Assembly (NCBI GenBank): GCA_977020255.1
Contig: CDROCS010005168.1
Span: 1 to 64,000, forward strand
Reading direction: 5' to 3'
Source: Obrimoposthia wandeli
Lineage: Eukaryota
Length of the DNA stretch: 64,000 bases
Of this stretch, positions 1-9,907 are shown piece by piece. The notes below the pieces were generated by a model, which was given only the letters and a program-made list of their open reading frames with translations, did not search any database and was not told the DNA's origin. The position numbers and the translations under genes were made by a program. Numbering within the stretch: the first letter of the stretch is position 1; every line of letters starts with the position of its first letter.

Positions 1-2277
1 AATTTTTTTATGCCCTAAGTAACTCATCGCGATACGCTCAATCCACGAATATATTTTTGTTGGTAATAATTTTAGGCATGCACTAATAAACGTTATGCAA
101 GTTCGGCTCGGCTCTTGCAACAGTATTCTAAAATCGCAATATAGTGCGCGATGGATCAGTTTCAAAGCATCGAACCGACTGCGTGTTTGTACCGCTCTGC
201 GGGCCATGTAACGTAATTGATATGCTTTGGCTAGCTGATAATATTGCTCAAAAAAAGCGGGGTGTTTATCTTGGTTTAGTTGCACAGCTTGCTGCCAAGA
301 GGCGAATTGCTTTTCAACATTGGCAGATAAGCCACTGTCGTTAACACGGTAGTATGTTAAAGGCTGTGCTATTCCTTCGAACAACCATTGGGTCGATAAT
401 GCAATTCGCGTCCATAATTCGATATCTTCTGACTGTCTTAAATGTTCATTGAAGTACATTTTTCGATACTTATCAGTGCCCAATCCGTAATAGCCAACTT
501 CATCTAATAATGAACGGCGTATTACGGCTGCAGAGCCATTGCCAACAGGGTTTCTACAAAAGATGTGCTGCTGGCTAATATTGTTTAGTTTTGGATATTG
601 ACCGATACCAAGAAGCTGGCCAGATTCGTCAATAAACAGTGAAGGGCAATAGCTCACACCTACATGAGGGCTGTTAGTTAAATGTCGAATATGTTTTACG
701 AGCTTATCTTTAGCCCAATAATCATCGGCATCTAGCAGCGCTACATAAATACCGCGAGCGGCATCAATGCCGGTATTTCTGGCTCCCGATAAACCGCGGT
801 TTTGCTGTGAAATTACTCTGATGCGCACGTCATCAAATTGATCTACGATGGCTAGTGTATTATCGCTGCAGCCATCATCTACTAAAATTAATTCAAAGTG
901 ATGAAAGCTTTGGCAGAGCACTGACGAAATACTCTGAGCAATATATTTTTCTACGTTATACATAGGATACCACCTGAAACGCAGGAGCAGAATTAATACC
1001 AGAGATTTTCTCCGACTAAAAAAAGTAAGATAATGGGCAGCCTTGTGGATTAAACGGTGACCAAAATAAATAGCAGCGCACCACAGCAAACTACTAACAA
1101 GTATCACTATGGCAAAATCCATTGGCTGCTGAGGTGAGTAAATAAATAACAGTGAGAGGCTGATGAAAAGGCACACAAAGCGAGCCACAATTTCTCGGTT
1201 AAAATTGGCCTTTACACGTTCGAAACTACAATAACTATCCACAATGATTGATGGCAGAGCCACTAAGCACATAATGCTAACGATTGGGATCATGTCGTGC
1301 CATTTTTCATCAAATAACACTGGTACATAAAAAGGCACCAACCATGCTTGGACCACGAATAGCATCCCGACTGCCAGTGTAATTAAGTAGATTAAGCGCT
1401 GCTGGCTCGCTAAAGAGCCTTTGCGTTGTAATTTACACAGGAATGGGAATAACGCGCTATTGAATACATTACTGATGGATTGACTCAAGCCAATGCCGGC
1501 GTTCTTGGCAAAGCTATATAAACCAAATAATTCGGGAGACATTATTTTTGCCGCGATAAAGGTATCAGCATGTAAACGTAATGCGCGTAACAGCTCGCTA
1601 CTAAACAATTGACCTGAAGTATGTAATAAGGATTTGATGATTTTTAAATCAAAGCCTAAGCCGTATGATTTAACATCAGTGAAAGAAAACAGTACTAGCC
1701 ATAATATGGAGAACACTATTTTACCGTAAGCAACCGCCATGAAGTCAGCATTGCACCATGCGAAAATCGCGATTGAGATGTTTTCTGCTGAAATACAAAT
1801 GCCATTGCGAATGCTAAATTGACGCATATGGTTAGCTCTTTGCAGTAAAAATATCTTAACGCTCACCCAAGGATAAAATAGGTAAATGACCGACATTACT
1901 TGTAATAGCAGTACTAAGTTAGGGTTGTCATACCAGTTTGCAATACTTTGGGCGAGGCAGTATTGAACACCAGCGAGTGTTAAACAAATACCCCATTGAA
2001 TGGTGGCGCCATTTTTAGCAAAAGTAGATAAATCTTTATCATCACAGCGAATAATTTGTGAGCCGGCGCCTGCACGCAGCATCAATGCCAACATGTCATG
2101 GCACGCTAATGCTAACATTGCGGTGCCGTAGGAAACGGCTGATAGCTCAACGGCTAGTACGATAATAGTGACGACACGTGAAATCTTAGAAAGCAGCTCG
2201 GCGCTAAATAACCATACAGCGTTAGAAAAAAGCTGTAGTAGTGGATGAAGCATTATTTTTAAATCAGTAACTATCAT
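1..2277 (-). CDS. Wzx-type polysaccharide flippase (about 964-2277) reading in frame, with no stop, into a GT2 glycosyltransferase (about 1-963); runs off the left edge
   Basis: Translated by hand codon by codon from the ATG at 2277: 759 codons with no stop. The N-terminal part is multi-TM and flippase-like (FSNAVWLFSAELLSKISRVV...). The C-terminal part has GT2 motifs PMYNVEKYI, LVDDGCSD, NRGLSGARNTG, LDADD, SEDIELW. Missing from the ORF track because it has no stop in the window. Confidence 0.85.
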   Translation of the reverse strand, partial: MIVTDLKIMLHPLLQLFSNAVWLFSAELLSKISRVVTIIVLAVELSAVSYGTAMLALACHDMLALMLRAGAGSQIIRCDDKDLSTFAKNGATIQWGICLTLAGVQYCLAQSIANWYDNPNLVLLLQVMSVIYLFYPWVSVKIFLLQRANHMRQFSIRNGICISAENISIAIFAWCNADFMAVAYGKIVFSILWLVLFSFTDVKSYGLGFDLKIIKSLLHTSGQLFSSELLRALRLHADTFIAAKIMSPELFGLYSFAKNAGIGLSQSISNVFNSALFPFLCKLQRKGSLASQQRLIYLITLAVGMLFVVQAWLVPFYVPVLFDEKWHDMIPIVSIMCLVALPSIIVDSYCSFERVKANFNREIVARFVCLFISLSLLFIYSPQQPMDFAIVILVSSLLWCAAIYFGHRLIHKAAHYLTFFSRRKSLVLILLLRFRWYPMYNVEKYIAQSISSVLCQSFHHFELILVDDGCSDNTLAIVDQFDDVRIRVISQQNRGLSGARNTGIDAARGIYVALLDADDYWAKDKLVKHIRHLTNSPHVGVSYCPSLFIDESGQLLGIGQYPKLNNISQQHIFCRNPVGNGSAAVIRRSLLDEVGYYGLGTDKYRKMYFNEHLRQSEDIELWTRIALSTQWLFEGIAQPLTYYRVNDSGLSANVEKQFASWQQAVQLNQDKHPAFFEQYYQLAKAYQLRYMARRAVQTRSRFDALKLIHRALYCDFRILLQEPSRTCITFISACLKLLPTKIYSWIERIAMSYLGHKKI

Positions 2278-2398
2278 ATAACCCCACTTGATCTCAGTGA
2301 TGTGTATAAATAGTTCATTGCTATCCGGTTAAAAAATGTAAGCTATCTAGGAGAGCTGCAAAAATTAGACCTGACACTCATGAACTTAGTTAAAGCTT

Positions 2399-2415
2399 TG
2401 CAAATTACATTCCAA
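2399..2415 (-). promoter_or_regulatory. sigma54 -24/-12 promoter for the flippase/GT operon
   Basis: Minus strand TTGGAATGTAATTTGCA has GG-N10-GC spacing, about 120 bp upstream of the ATG at 2277. Confidence 0.7.
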
Positions 2416-2501
2416 CATCCAAAAAAAATCCTAAGTAGCTATTTTATAATAAAAAAATAGAAACTTAGGCTTTAGTAGTAAATTAATTAGTTAAAGTGAA
2501 T

Positions 2502-2546
2502 ATCGCATTATGCAACAGTTATATCTAAAAATTCGCATTTTGAAAA
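2502..2546. promoter_or_regulatory. two candidate SypG-type enhancer sites
   Basis: ATCGCATTATGCAAC (2502-2516) and TTCGCATTTTGAAAA (2532-2546); the motif recurs at the other two EPS promoters. Confidence 0.6.
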
Positions 2547-2548
2547 AA

Positions 2549-4051
2549 CTACTCAGTCTGCAGTTCTTCCCACTGTTGTATTTTTCGATATAAGGTTGAT
2601 GGACTCACTTCTAGTTCACTAGCTGCTTTAACAATGTTGCCTTCACACTGATCAATCATTTGCTTGATAGCGCGGCGCTCAACGGCGGCTAATGAAGTGG
2701 CTTCGCCGACCGAAAATTCTGAGTCATATGGTATGCTCTGAGTAGGTGATTGGGAATTACTGTTTGATGAAGAAGTGAGAGTTGATGAAGTGCTACTCGG
2801 GGGATGAGTATCGTTAGTATTGGCTGGCTTTCGTTGATCAACACTGCCGCGTCTGTCTAACTGGCTCGATAATATATTGCTTGAAATTAATGGCCCATCC
2901 GACATGACGACCGCACTATGAATCACGTTTTGTAACTGCCTAACATTACCAGGCCATGGGCAGCTTAAAATGAGTGCTTGGGCATCTGATGAAAAACCAG
3001 CAAAGTCTTTTTCTTCTATATCGCTGTAGTAGCTTAGAAAATGTTCAGCGAGCTTTAAACTGTCATTTTCACGCTCATGTAATGGGGGTAAAAATAGAGA
3101 AATGACATTCAATCGATAAAATAGGTCTTCTCTTAACTTCTTATCAGCAATGGCTAAATGAGGGTCTCTGTTGGTGGCGCTAATAAAACGAATATTAGCG
3201 CATTCCTCTTTGCTGCTCCCCACTTTCTGAAATTTACCATCCTGAATGAAGCGCAATAACTTCGCTTGCAAATTGATGTCCATTTCACCTATTTCATCTA
3301 AAAATAAAGTCCCACCATCTGCTAAAGACGCAGCGCCGTCGCGATTAGCAACCGCACCAGAGAAAGCACCTTTTACATGGCCAAATATTTCAGACTCCAT
3401 TAATTCTGAAGGGATAGCAGCGCAATTGAGCGCAATAAAGGGCTTTTTGTCGCGTTTGCTTAAATGATGAATCGCCTGCGCAGCAACTTCTTTACCAGAG
3501 CCACTAGGGCCGGTAATAAAAACCGATGCATTACTCGGGGCGCATTGCTCTATTGAAGAATAAACAAATTGCATCGCAACAGAATCGCCAATAAAGCCTT
3601 CAAAATTATCTTTTCGATATTGTTGATATTGCTCTATAGTACGGCGCATTAGCGTACGCTCTGCAAGTACTTGTTGTAATTGCAGAGCCTGTTTTAATTT
3701 GATGATCAACTCGAAATTATCCCAAGGCTTTTGCAAATAACCCCAAATATGACCATCATTAATTGCCGATAAAACCATTTCCATATCAGCAAATCCAGAG
3801 AGAATAATGCGCACTGTTTCAGGAGCGATTTTAGCGACTTGCTCAAGTAGCTCACTTCCGTTCATTTCAGGCATTCTCATATCTGAAACGATAATATCTA
3901 CCGGCGCTTGATTAATAATCTCTAATGCAATTTTACCGCTTTGTGCTGTAATGATTTCAGCATCCATCTTACGTGCGATTCGTGCAAGCGCGCGCAAAAT
4001 TTCAGGTTCGTCATCAACGAATAATATTCTTGGTCCATTAAATTTCTGCAT
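2549..4051 (-). CDS. sigma54-dependent response regulator (REC-AAA+-Fis HTH), SypG/LuxO-like
   Basis: REC FVDDE...SDMRMP; Walker A GPSGSGKE; ESEIFGHVKGAFSGA; LFLDEIGE; RFISATNRD; REDLFYRL; WPGNVRQL; C-terminal HTH. Confidence 0.93.
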   Translation of the reverse strand: MQKFNGPRILFVDDEPEILRALARIARKMDAEIITAQSGKIALEIINQAPVDIIVSDMRMPEMNGSELLEQVAKIAPETVRIILSGFADMEMVLSAINDGHIWGYLQKPWDNFELIIKLKQALQLQQVLAERTLMRRTIEQYQQYRKDNFEGFIGDSVAMQFVYSSIEQCAPSNASVFITGPSGSGKEVAAQAIHHLSKRDKKPFIALNCAAIPSELMESEIFGHVKGAFSGAVANRDGAASLADGGTLFLDEIGEMDINLQAKLLRFIQDGKFQKVGSSKEECANIRFISATNRDPHLAIADKKLREDLFYRLNVISLFLPPLHERENDSLKLAEHFLSYYSDIEEKDFAGFSSDAQALILSCPWPGNVRQLQNVIHSAVVMSDGPLISSNILSSQLDRRGSVDQRKPANTNDTHPPSSTSSTLTSSSNSNSQSPTQSIPYDSEFSVGEATSLAAVERRAIKQMIDQCEGNIVKAASELEVSPSTLYRKIQQWEELQTE

Positions 4052-4350
4052 ATATCACCTTAATTACATCCTGTAATACGCGCAAACTTAGCATCACTTT
4101 GCTTAACAACGGCAATAACAAAATATTACACATAAAGCAGTGCTCCAGTTTCGGGATGAGAGCTATGGATAGCAACGCCTTAAAATCGTTGAAAAATAAA
4201 AAAGAATGAAGCTCGCTCTAAATCTATTTTAGAACTATCTCATTAACTACATCCATTATCAAACCTAGGCTGCGATTGTGCTCATCGTTTGGTCTGCTTC
4301 ATCTTCGTTTCGCTGGCTGCGTTTGCAGAGCTCTGTCATATTCAAATTAC

Positions 4351-4391
4351 GTTGCAAAATGCGAAAAAATTCTTATTTCGCAACATGAACT
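4351..4391. promoter_or_regulatory. two candidate SypG-type enhancer sites
   Basis: GTTGCAAAATGCGAA (4351-4365, reverse complement TTCGCATTTTGCAAC) and TTCGCAACATGAACT (4377-4391). Confidence 0.6.
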
Positions 4392-4470
4392 CAAACTATC
4401 AATGTTCAGTTATCTCTGTTTTTTTTATTTAAATTTGTTTAAAAATAATGGCTTATAAAAATAATAAATA

Positions 4471-4487
4471 TTGGCACATGTTAAGCA
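4471..4487 (+). promoter_or_regulatory. sigma54 -24/-12 promoter
   Basis: TTGGCACATGTTAAGCA: TGGCAC plus GG-N10-GC spacing, about 40 bp upstream of the ATG at 4529, preceded by an AT-rich tract. Confidence 0.75.
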
Positions 4488-4528
4488 ATGGTATCAACAA
4501 GACCTTAAATAAATAAGGAGTTAACACC

Positions 4529-5812
4529 ATGAAAAGTCAAACTCACTCACTCGAAACGACAAGAGTCACTTTAAAACGTGAGCAATTTACTAGTGCTAGT
4601 TTATTGCCGCGCGTATTCGCGCTTGTACTGGTGGTTTTTATCTCGCCAATTGTTGTTACCAATTTAATCATTGCTTTTATTAAAGGCAATACGGTGTTAT
4701 TCAATACTAAAAAACAAGATGCACTAGGTAGAACAGTATTGCTACATGCCTTTAGTGGTGGCTTTTTCCGAAAAAGCGGGCGGCTGTTCGATATCGTCAA
4801 CGGCCATTTAAGTTTTACGGGTGTTCCTCTAACCCATTCGTTAAAGCGTGCTGATCAATATGAAATACGTCGGAAATTTATATCCACCCCAGGTATCTTT
4901 AGCTTATTTGATTTACATAAAAGCAGCGGCCTTGCAGTGGCTAATGAGAAGCAACTACTGATGAAGCAACTCAACGCATCAGTTTTACAAAACGCTGGCT
5001 TAATTATCAAAAGCATCCTGTGTATATGCCTGTACTCACGTAATACTAAAAACCTTAACAATAGCGCAAACATTACGTTATTTGGTTTAAATATTACTAA
5101 TTCGACTATCTCAGAGGCGGTTGACTGGGTGACATTAGCACCGCGCAATGCGTCCCCTAATATTGGTTTCTATGTTAATGCGAACTCAATTAATTTAGGT
5201 TTGAGTAAACCTGCATTCATCAAAAAATTACAACAAGCTGATGCATTATTTGCTGATGGGTCGGGCATGAGGATGGCGGCAAAGAGCGCAGGTTATCAGT
5301 TAAAAGATAACAATAACGGTACCGATATGCTGCCCCATTTGTGTTGTGGCTGTGTTAGTAACCAGAAATCTATTTTCCTGTTAGGGGCGAAACCTGGTGT
5401 TGCTCAACAAGCGGCGGATAATTTAACTAGCCAATATCCACAGTTACGCATAGCGGGTGTACAGCACGGCTATACAGCCGCGGATAAAGCTGACGAGTTA
5501 ATCGCGCAAATTAATGATACCGACTGCGATATTCTGCTGGTTGCATTGGGCTCACCGGTTCAAGAAGCATGGGTGTTGAAGCATCGCAGTGCATTGAAAT
5601 GCCGAACTATATTAGCGGTTGGCGGCTTGTTTGACTTCTATTCAGGTGAAATATCGCGCTCACCAATGTGGTTAAGAGAGTTGGGATTAGAGTGGGTATG
5701 GCGTCTTATGAAAGAGCCTAAAAGTAAATTCTACCGCTATGTAATAGGTAATCCACTGTTTTTATTTCGTATCCATGTTTTAGGCTTAGCGTCTAAAGGA
5801 GCAAGATTATGA
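4529..5812 (+). CDS. WecB/TagA/CpsF-family glycosyltransferase with a degenerate N-terminal sugar-transferase-like domain
   Basis: C-terminal FADGSGMR, NNNGTDM, FLLGAKPGVA, LLVALGSPVQE, VGGLFDFYSG, GLEWVWRL..EP..RY; RBS AAGGAG. Confidence 0.88.
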   Translation: MKSQTHSLETTRVTLKREQFTSASLLPRVFALVLVVFISPIVVTNLIIAFIKGNTVLFNTKKQDALGRTVLLHAFSGGFFRKSGRLFDIVNGHLSFTGVPLTHSLKRADQYEIRRKFISTPGIFSLFDLHKSSGLAVANEKQLLMKQLNASVLQNAGLIIKSILCICLYSRNTKNLNNSANITLFGLNITNSTISEAVDWVTLAPRNASPNIGFYVNANSINLGLSKPAFIKKLQQADALFADGSGMRMAAKSAGYQLKDNNNGTDMLPHLCCGCVSNQKSIFLLGAKPGVAQQAADNLTSQYPQLRIAGVQHGYTAADKADELIAQINDTDCDILLVALGSPVQEAWVLKHRSALKCRTILAVGGLFDFYSGEISRSPMWLRELGLEWVWRLMKEPKSKFYRYVIGNPLFLFRIHVLGLASKGARL

Positions 5813-6489
5813 ATATGCAAACTTTTGATAAAATGATGCACAATGTTAGCTTTTTTCACCCACAAAAAACGAAAGCTGCTAGTTATGGGCATCGAGGGTT
5901 ACCCATAATATTGCAGCAAATAGTTGCCGGCATTGCATTATTATTGCTTAGCCCGTTAATTCTTTTAGTGATGCTGCTGATCAGAATTGAGAGTCCAGGT
6001 AGTATTTTATTTTCACAAATAAGAGTAGGTGAGTATGGGCGACACTTTAAAATGTATAAGTTTCGTTCAATGTATTTAGCCACCGATCCGCGTTACCAAG
6101 AACCTGATCCAAGTACCAGCTCTCGTGAAGGGGTGTGTAAAAAATACATAAATGATCCACGCATTACCGTGATCGGCAGGTTTATTAGAAAGTACTCAAT
6201 TGATGAACTGCCGCAGTTGTTCAATATTGTTAATGCAGATATGTGTTTGGTAGGGCCACGTCCAGCTTTAGCTATCGAAACTTACGCATATGATTATGAA
6301 GATCAAGCAAGATTATTTTCAAAGCCAGGCTTAACAGGATTGTGGCAAGTGTCAGGTAGAGCAGATACCGATTTTACGCAACAATTACACTTAGATCTAT
6401 CTTACATTAAACAGCAAAGTATCTGGCTGGATTGTAAAATTATTATCTTAACCGTACCTGCCGTCATCAGCGCAAAAGGCGCCTATTAG
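5809..6489 (+). CDS. priming glycosyl-1-phosphate transferase (bacterial sugar transferase, SypR/WcaJ-like)
   Basis: FKMYKFRSM, DPRITVIGRFIRKYSIDELPQLFN, LVGPRP, KPGLTGLWQVSGR; 4-nt overlap with the upstream gene. Confidence 0.93.
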   Translation: MNMQTFDKMMHNVSFFHPQKTKAASYGHRGLPIILQQIVAGIALLLLSPLILLVMLLIRIESPGSILFSQIRVGEYGRHFKMYKFRSMYLATDPRYQEPDPSTSSREGVCKKYINDPRITVIGRFIRKYSIDELPQLFNIVNADMCLVGPRPALAIETYAYDYEDQARLFSKPGLTGLWQVSGRADTDFTQQLHLDLSYIKQQSIWLDCKIIILTVPAVISAKGAY

Positions 6490-6501
6490 TTAGGTTTTAT
6501 G

Positions 6502-6526
6502 TCCGCCTTATTTAGGCGGATTTTTT
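6502..6526 (+). terminator. Rho-independent terminator
   Basis: TCCGCCT-tattt-AGGCGGA followed by a T-run. Confidence 0.8.
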
Positions 6527-6663
6527 GTTTACAAACTTTAGCCCTGTGTTGTTGGCATTAATGCCGGTAAAAGATCTGCAAAAACGGCATCAATTTTATT
6601 AAAAGATAACATAAACAGGGGACGGCTAATGGGGCAGTAGTGGATAAAACAATGATGAATAGG

Positions 6664-7455
6664 CTAGCAACAATTTCTGCGGTATTCATCAGGAGTTGTA
6701 TCAAGTAAGCGGCGAAACATAACAATAAAAGAGGAAGCTGTACTATAACCCAAATCCAGAGCGACACTCTCTATACTCGTGCCTTCTTGTAACATAGGAA
6801 TGGCGCGCATTACTTTAAGGCGTTGGCGCCATTCACTCAACGCCATACCCAAATCGCGTTGTGCTTTACGCGCTAAAGTTCGCTCTGAAGTTCCTAACTG
6901 CTCTGCTAATGCTTTGAGCGAGCAATTATCGCCAGGGTTATCTTTCAAATATCCAAGCGCTCTGATCAATAAAGGGTCATTGGAGTCGGGAAGGTAGCTA
7001 CCGGCGATAGGGGCAATAACCAGTTGATCCAATATCACATCTAATAGTTTCTTTTCCTCCAGTGAATAGGGGAGCTGCGGTGGGTTGAGCCGTAAATGGT
7101 TTAGCATTGCCCGGATCATTGGATTGACCATCAAGGCACAAGTCTTTGCTGGCATTTGGCGTTGGCCCGCTAGGTTTTGATCTATATAGAAAGAGCAATG
7201 GAATGAAGCTTGACGGTTACCTCCATGATGCTCTGAGTTTGGCGGGTGCCATAACCCGAAGCTAGGGGGTACACGAAACTCTCTACCTTCAGCCTGCATT
7301 TCTAATACCCCACTGAAAGAATAGACAAACTCTCCCCACAGATGTTGATGAGGGGGATAGACGGTGTTTTCAGGCATTGAACGCAATTGACAAAAAATGG
7401 GTTGCGGTAATTTATCGAGCTTCAACGGTGTGTGTGTAAATAGCTTGTTCGACAT
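6664..7455 (-). CDS. AraC family transcriptional regulator (cupin + HTH)
   Basis: HQHLWGEF cupin; SERTLARK, LDLGYSTASSFIVMFRRLLDTTP. Probable start MSNKLF at 7455; the ORF is open to 7533. Confidence 0.9.
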   Translation of the reverse strand: MSNKLFTHTPLKLDKLPQPIFCQLRSMPENTVYPPHQHLWGEFVYSFSGVLEMQAEGREFRVPPSFGLWHPPNSEHHGGNRQASFHCSFYIDQNLAGQRQMPAKTCALMVNPMIRAMLNHLRLNPPQLPYSLEEKKLLDVILDQLVIAPIAGSYLPDSNDPLLIRALGYLKDNPGDNCSLKALAEQLGTSERTLARKAQRDLGMALSEWRQRLKVMRAIPMLQEGTSIESVALDLGYSTASSFIVMFRRLLDTTPDEYRRNCC

Positions 7456-7667
7456 AAATTGGCTGATCCTAACTATAGATTGTCTGATTTTAACTATATG
7501 TACTATTTTAGACAAATTATAATTGTGCAGCATATCTCTTTTAAGAAACAGTATGCAAACGCGTCAATCAGCCGGTTTTGCTGCGCTCGAAACTGGCGTT
7601 TTCAACGCATTCAAACAACAAGTCGTTCAGCAGACTTCCTATGTTAAATTAACTAAAGAGTACCGTT

Positions 7668-8627
7668 ATGGATTCACGTAAAGATATTGATGGTTTGGCG
7701 ATAGGGCTAATCACTATCACCTGTTTAATCTGGGGTTTACAACAAGTTCTAATAAAATCTGTTGCCACTGACATGTCTCCAGTTCTACAAATAGCTTTAA
7801 GGTCTGGTATCGCTGCACTACTACTGGCCATTGTTATGGTTGTCCGTAAAGATAAATTATTCAGCCGTGATACTTGGAAACCCGGTTTATTGGCTGGAAT
7901 CCTATTCGCTCTTGAGTTCTTTTTTGTTGGGGAGGGCCTTAGGTACACTACAGCGTCACATATGGTGGTATTTCTATATAGCACACCGCTATTTGTGGCG
8001 CTGATATTACATTTTAAAATCACTTCAGAGCGCCTCAAACCATTACAGTGGATAGGCATAATTACCGCTTTTTTGGGAATTGCTCTCATCTTTTTCTGGC
8101 GAGATACTCAAGAAGTTTCACCAACAGCGATTAATATGCTTTGGGGTGACATCCTAGCCTTATTTGCTGCTGTTTGCTGGGCATTAACTACAGTATTGAT
8201 TCGTAGCTCAAGCCTTGCAAAAGCGCCAGCCAGTCAAACGCTACTCTATCAATTGATTGTGTGTTTCATCGTTGTATTGTTTGCCGCAGTTGTTATGGGG
8301 CAAACCCAGTACACACTTACCGCAGCTTTAGTCAGCAACTTGGTATTTCAGGGAGTGATCGTGTCTTTTGCAAGCCTGCTACTGTGGTTCTGGTTGCTTC
8401 GCCAATATTCAGCTTCACAGATAGGTGTTTTTACTTTTATGACGCCGCTCTTTGGTGTCTTATTCAGTGTATGGCTGTTAGGTGAACCACTTGAAGAAGG
8501 ATTTATTTTCGGAGCCATAATGGCAATGGCGGGCATGTTTATAGTGAGTAGCCACAACAAAATACAACGGAGGCTGAAAAAAATTCTTCAGCAAAAAATA
8601 AGCACACGAGAGAAGTGCATAAAATAA
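7668..8627 (+). CDS. DMT/EamA family transporter
   Basis: About 10 TM segments, two EamA repeats, LFGVLFSVWLLGEPL; divergent from the AraC gene. Confidence 0.9.
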   Translation: MDSRKDIDGLAIGLITITCLIWGLQQVLIKSVATDMSPVLQIALRSGIAALLLAIVMVVRKDKLFSRDTWKPGLLAGILFALEFFFVGEGLRYTTASHMVVFLYSTPLFVALILHFKITSERLKPLQWIGIITAFLGIALIFFWRDTQEVSPTAINMLWGDILALFAAVCWALTTVLIRSSSLAKAPASQTLLYQLIVCFIVVLFAAVVMGQTQYTLTAALVSNLVFQGVIVSFASLLLWFWLLRQYSASQIGVFTFMTPLFGVLFSVWLLGEPLEEGFIFGAIMAMAGMFIVSSHNKIQRRLKKILQQKISTREKCIK

Positions 8628-8694
8628 TACACCCTCAAGCTATTTAACTGCCAGCATTGAGCAGCTGGATGGTTAGTTGATTTTGAGGGTATAT
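8627..8694. repeat. imperfect long hairpin after the DMT gene (terminator or MITE/ERIC-like relic)
   Basis: ATACACCCTCAA ... TTGAGGGTATAT arms with an inner CCAGC/GCTGG stem. Confidence 0.35.
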
Positions 8695-9097
8695 TTTTTG
8701 CTTCAAAATCATGGTGCCATAAAACTGAAATCAACGAGCTGGGACAAAACATGCATATTTGCAACAGCTTGTTCAGACTAGAGATAGGGCGGGGTATCTA
8801 CAGCCATCAATTAACCTATTGATGATCTATAAAGAAGCCGCAATGGTCGACAAAGAGGCTGTATTCATTCATAATCTCGACTATCTAGGAAGGAAACGGT
8901 ACTAGGTGGTAAATGGTACTCAGTTCAATCTAGAACGTCTCAATCCTCAGTCTCGATTAGCTACTTCGTGGGCGCCAAGCCTTTTATTAAGCTAACCCGT
9001 ATCCTTTTACAGCATTATCCATGGCTTTTTATAATACCCGTGAAGCTGTACTAATATTGTTCACCAAACAATGAATACTCAATGAAATATTGTGGAG

Positions 9098-9367
9098 ATG
9101 AATTTGGACTATTTTGAAGTGTTGGGAGTTGAGAAATCAGCTTCGCAAGATGATATTAAAAAGGCCTACAGACGTTTAGCCTCAAAGCTTCATCCAGATA
9201 GAAATAAATCGGAAGATGCCATTGAACGCTTCCAGAAAATTCAAGAGTCGTACGATGTGATATCTGATCCGCAAAAGCGCAAGTTATACATTGAACAGGA
9301 ATACACTGAGGTCATGAACCCCAAGTCGTTCACTAAATCCTATTGGAACAGAGTTTTAAATACTTAA
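9098..9367 (+). CDS. atcJ: short J-domain co-chaperone, AtcJ-like
   Basis: [29 protein letters not shown] (HPD motif) and C-terminal P-X7-W (PKSFTKSYW), as in Shewanella AtcJ; an alternative GTG start lies at 9092. Confidence 0.8.
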   Translation: MNLDYFEVLGVEKSASQDDIKKAYRRLASKLHPDRNKSEDAIERFQKIQESYDVISDPQKRKLYIEQEYTEVMNPKSFTKSYWNRVLNT

Positions 9368-9375
9368 GAGGCATC

Positions 9376-9879
9376 ATGTCTAAGATCGAATTTGTACCAG
9401 GCTATTTGGTAGACGACTATCAACTGCTGACTGAAAATATAGAATCCTATCAGGATCCAGAAGAACCGGAAATATTTACTAATTATGTTGATAATTTATT
9501 AGCACAATTAAATAAAACACCAGGGTTTTTAGCGGGAATGCCTGATCAGCTCGCAATGTGCTTACTGTTCGTCGTAAAAATCGATAGCGCCAAACTAGCA
9601 CCCTTAAGTTCGGATTGTGAGCCTACATGGGATGATGTAAAAGCCTGCGTCGGCATAAATAAGCGCTATCGGCCATTATTGTCGACATTATCTGAAAAGT
9701 ATCAGCATCAATTAAAAATTGCCTTACTGCTGCTGTGCTTTTATGAGTTAGGTTCAACCGCTCAAGAGTTCAACGCTGAGATAGATGACAGTGAAGAAGA
9801 AGCAGAGCGCGACGAATATGACGATCAAGATTACGAAGCATACCAAGGTCAAGACCAAGATAGCCTTGACCAATACTAA
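9376..9879 (+). CDS. atcA: hypothetical protein with acidic tail, AtcA by synteny
   Basis: Second gene of a J-domain plus three-gene operon; probable start MSKIEF at 9376 (RBS AGAGG); very acidic C-terminus. Confidence 0.6.
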   Translation: MSKIEFVPGYLVDDYQLLTENIESYQDPEEPEIFTNYVDNLLAQLNKTPGFLAGMPDQLAMCLLFVVKIDSAKLAPLSSDCEPTWDDVKACVGINKRYRPLLSTLSEKYQHQLKIALLLLCFYELGSTAQEFNAEIDDSEEEAERDEYDDQDYEAYQGQDQDSLDQY

Positions 9880-9907
9880 CCTACACAGACGTTGACAGGA
9901 TTATATT

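Noticed and set aside
144-344. 66-aa plus-strand ORF in the track
   Set aside because: Antisense to the GT2 frame, which has clear family motifs
4262-4345. GC-richer structured-looking stretch between the EPS promoters, considered as a c-di-GMP-I riboswitch
   Set aside because: Lacks the GCAAA...GAAA...GACGCAAAGC arrangement on either strand
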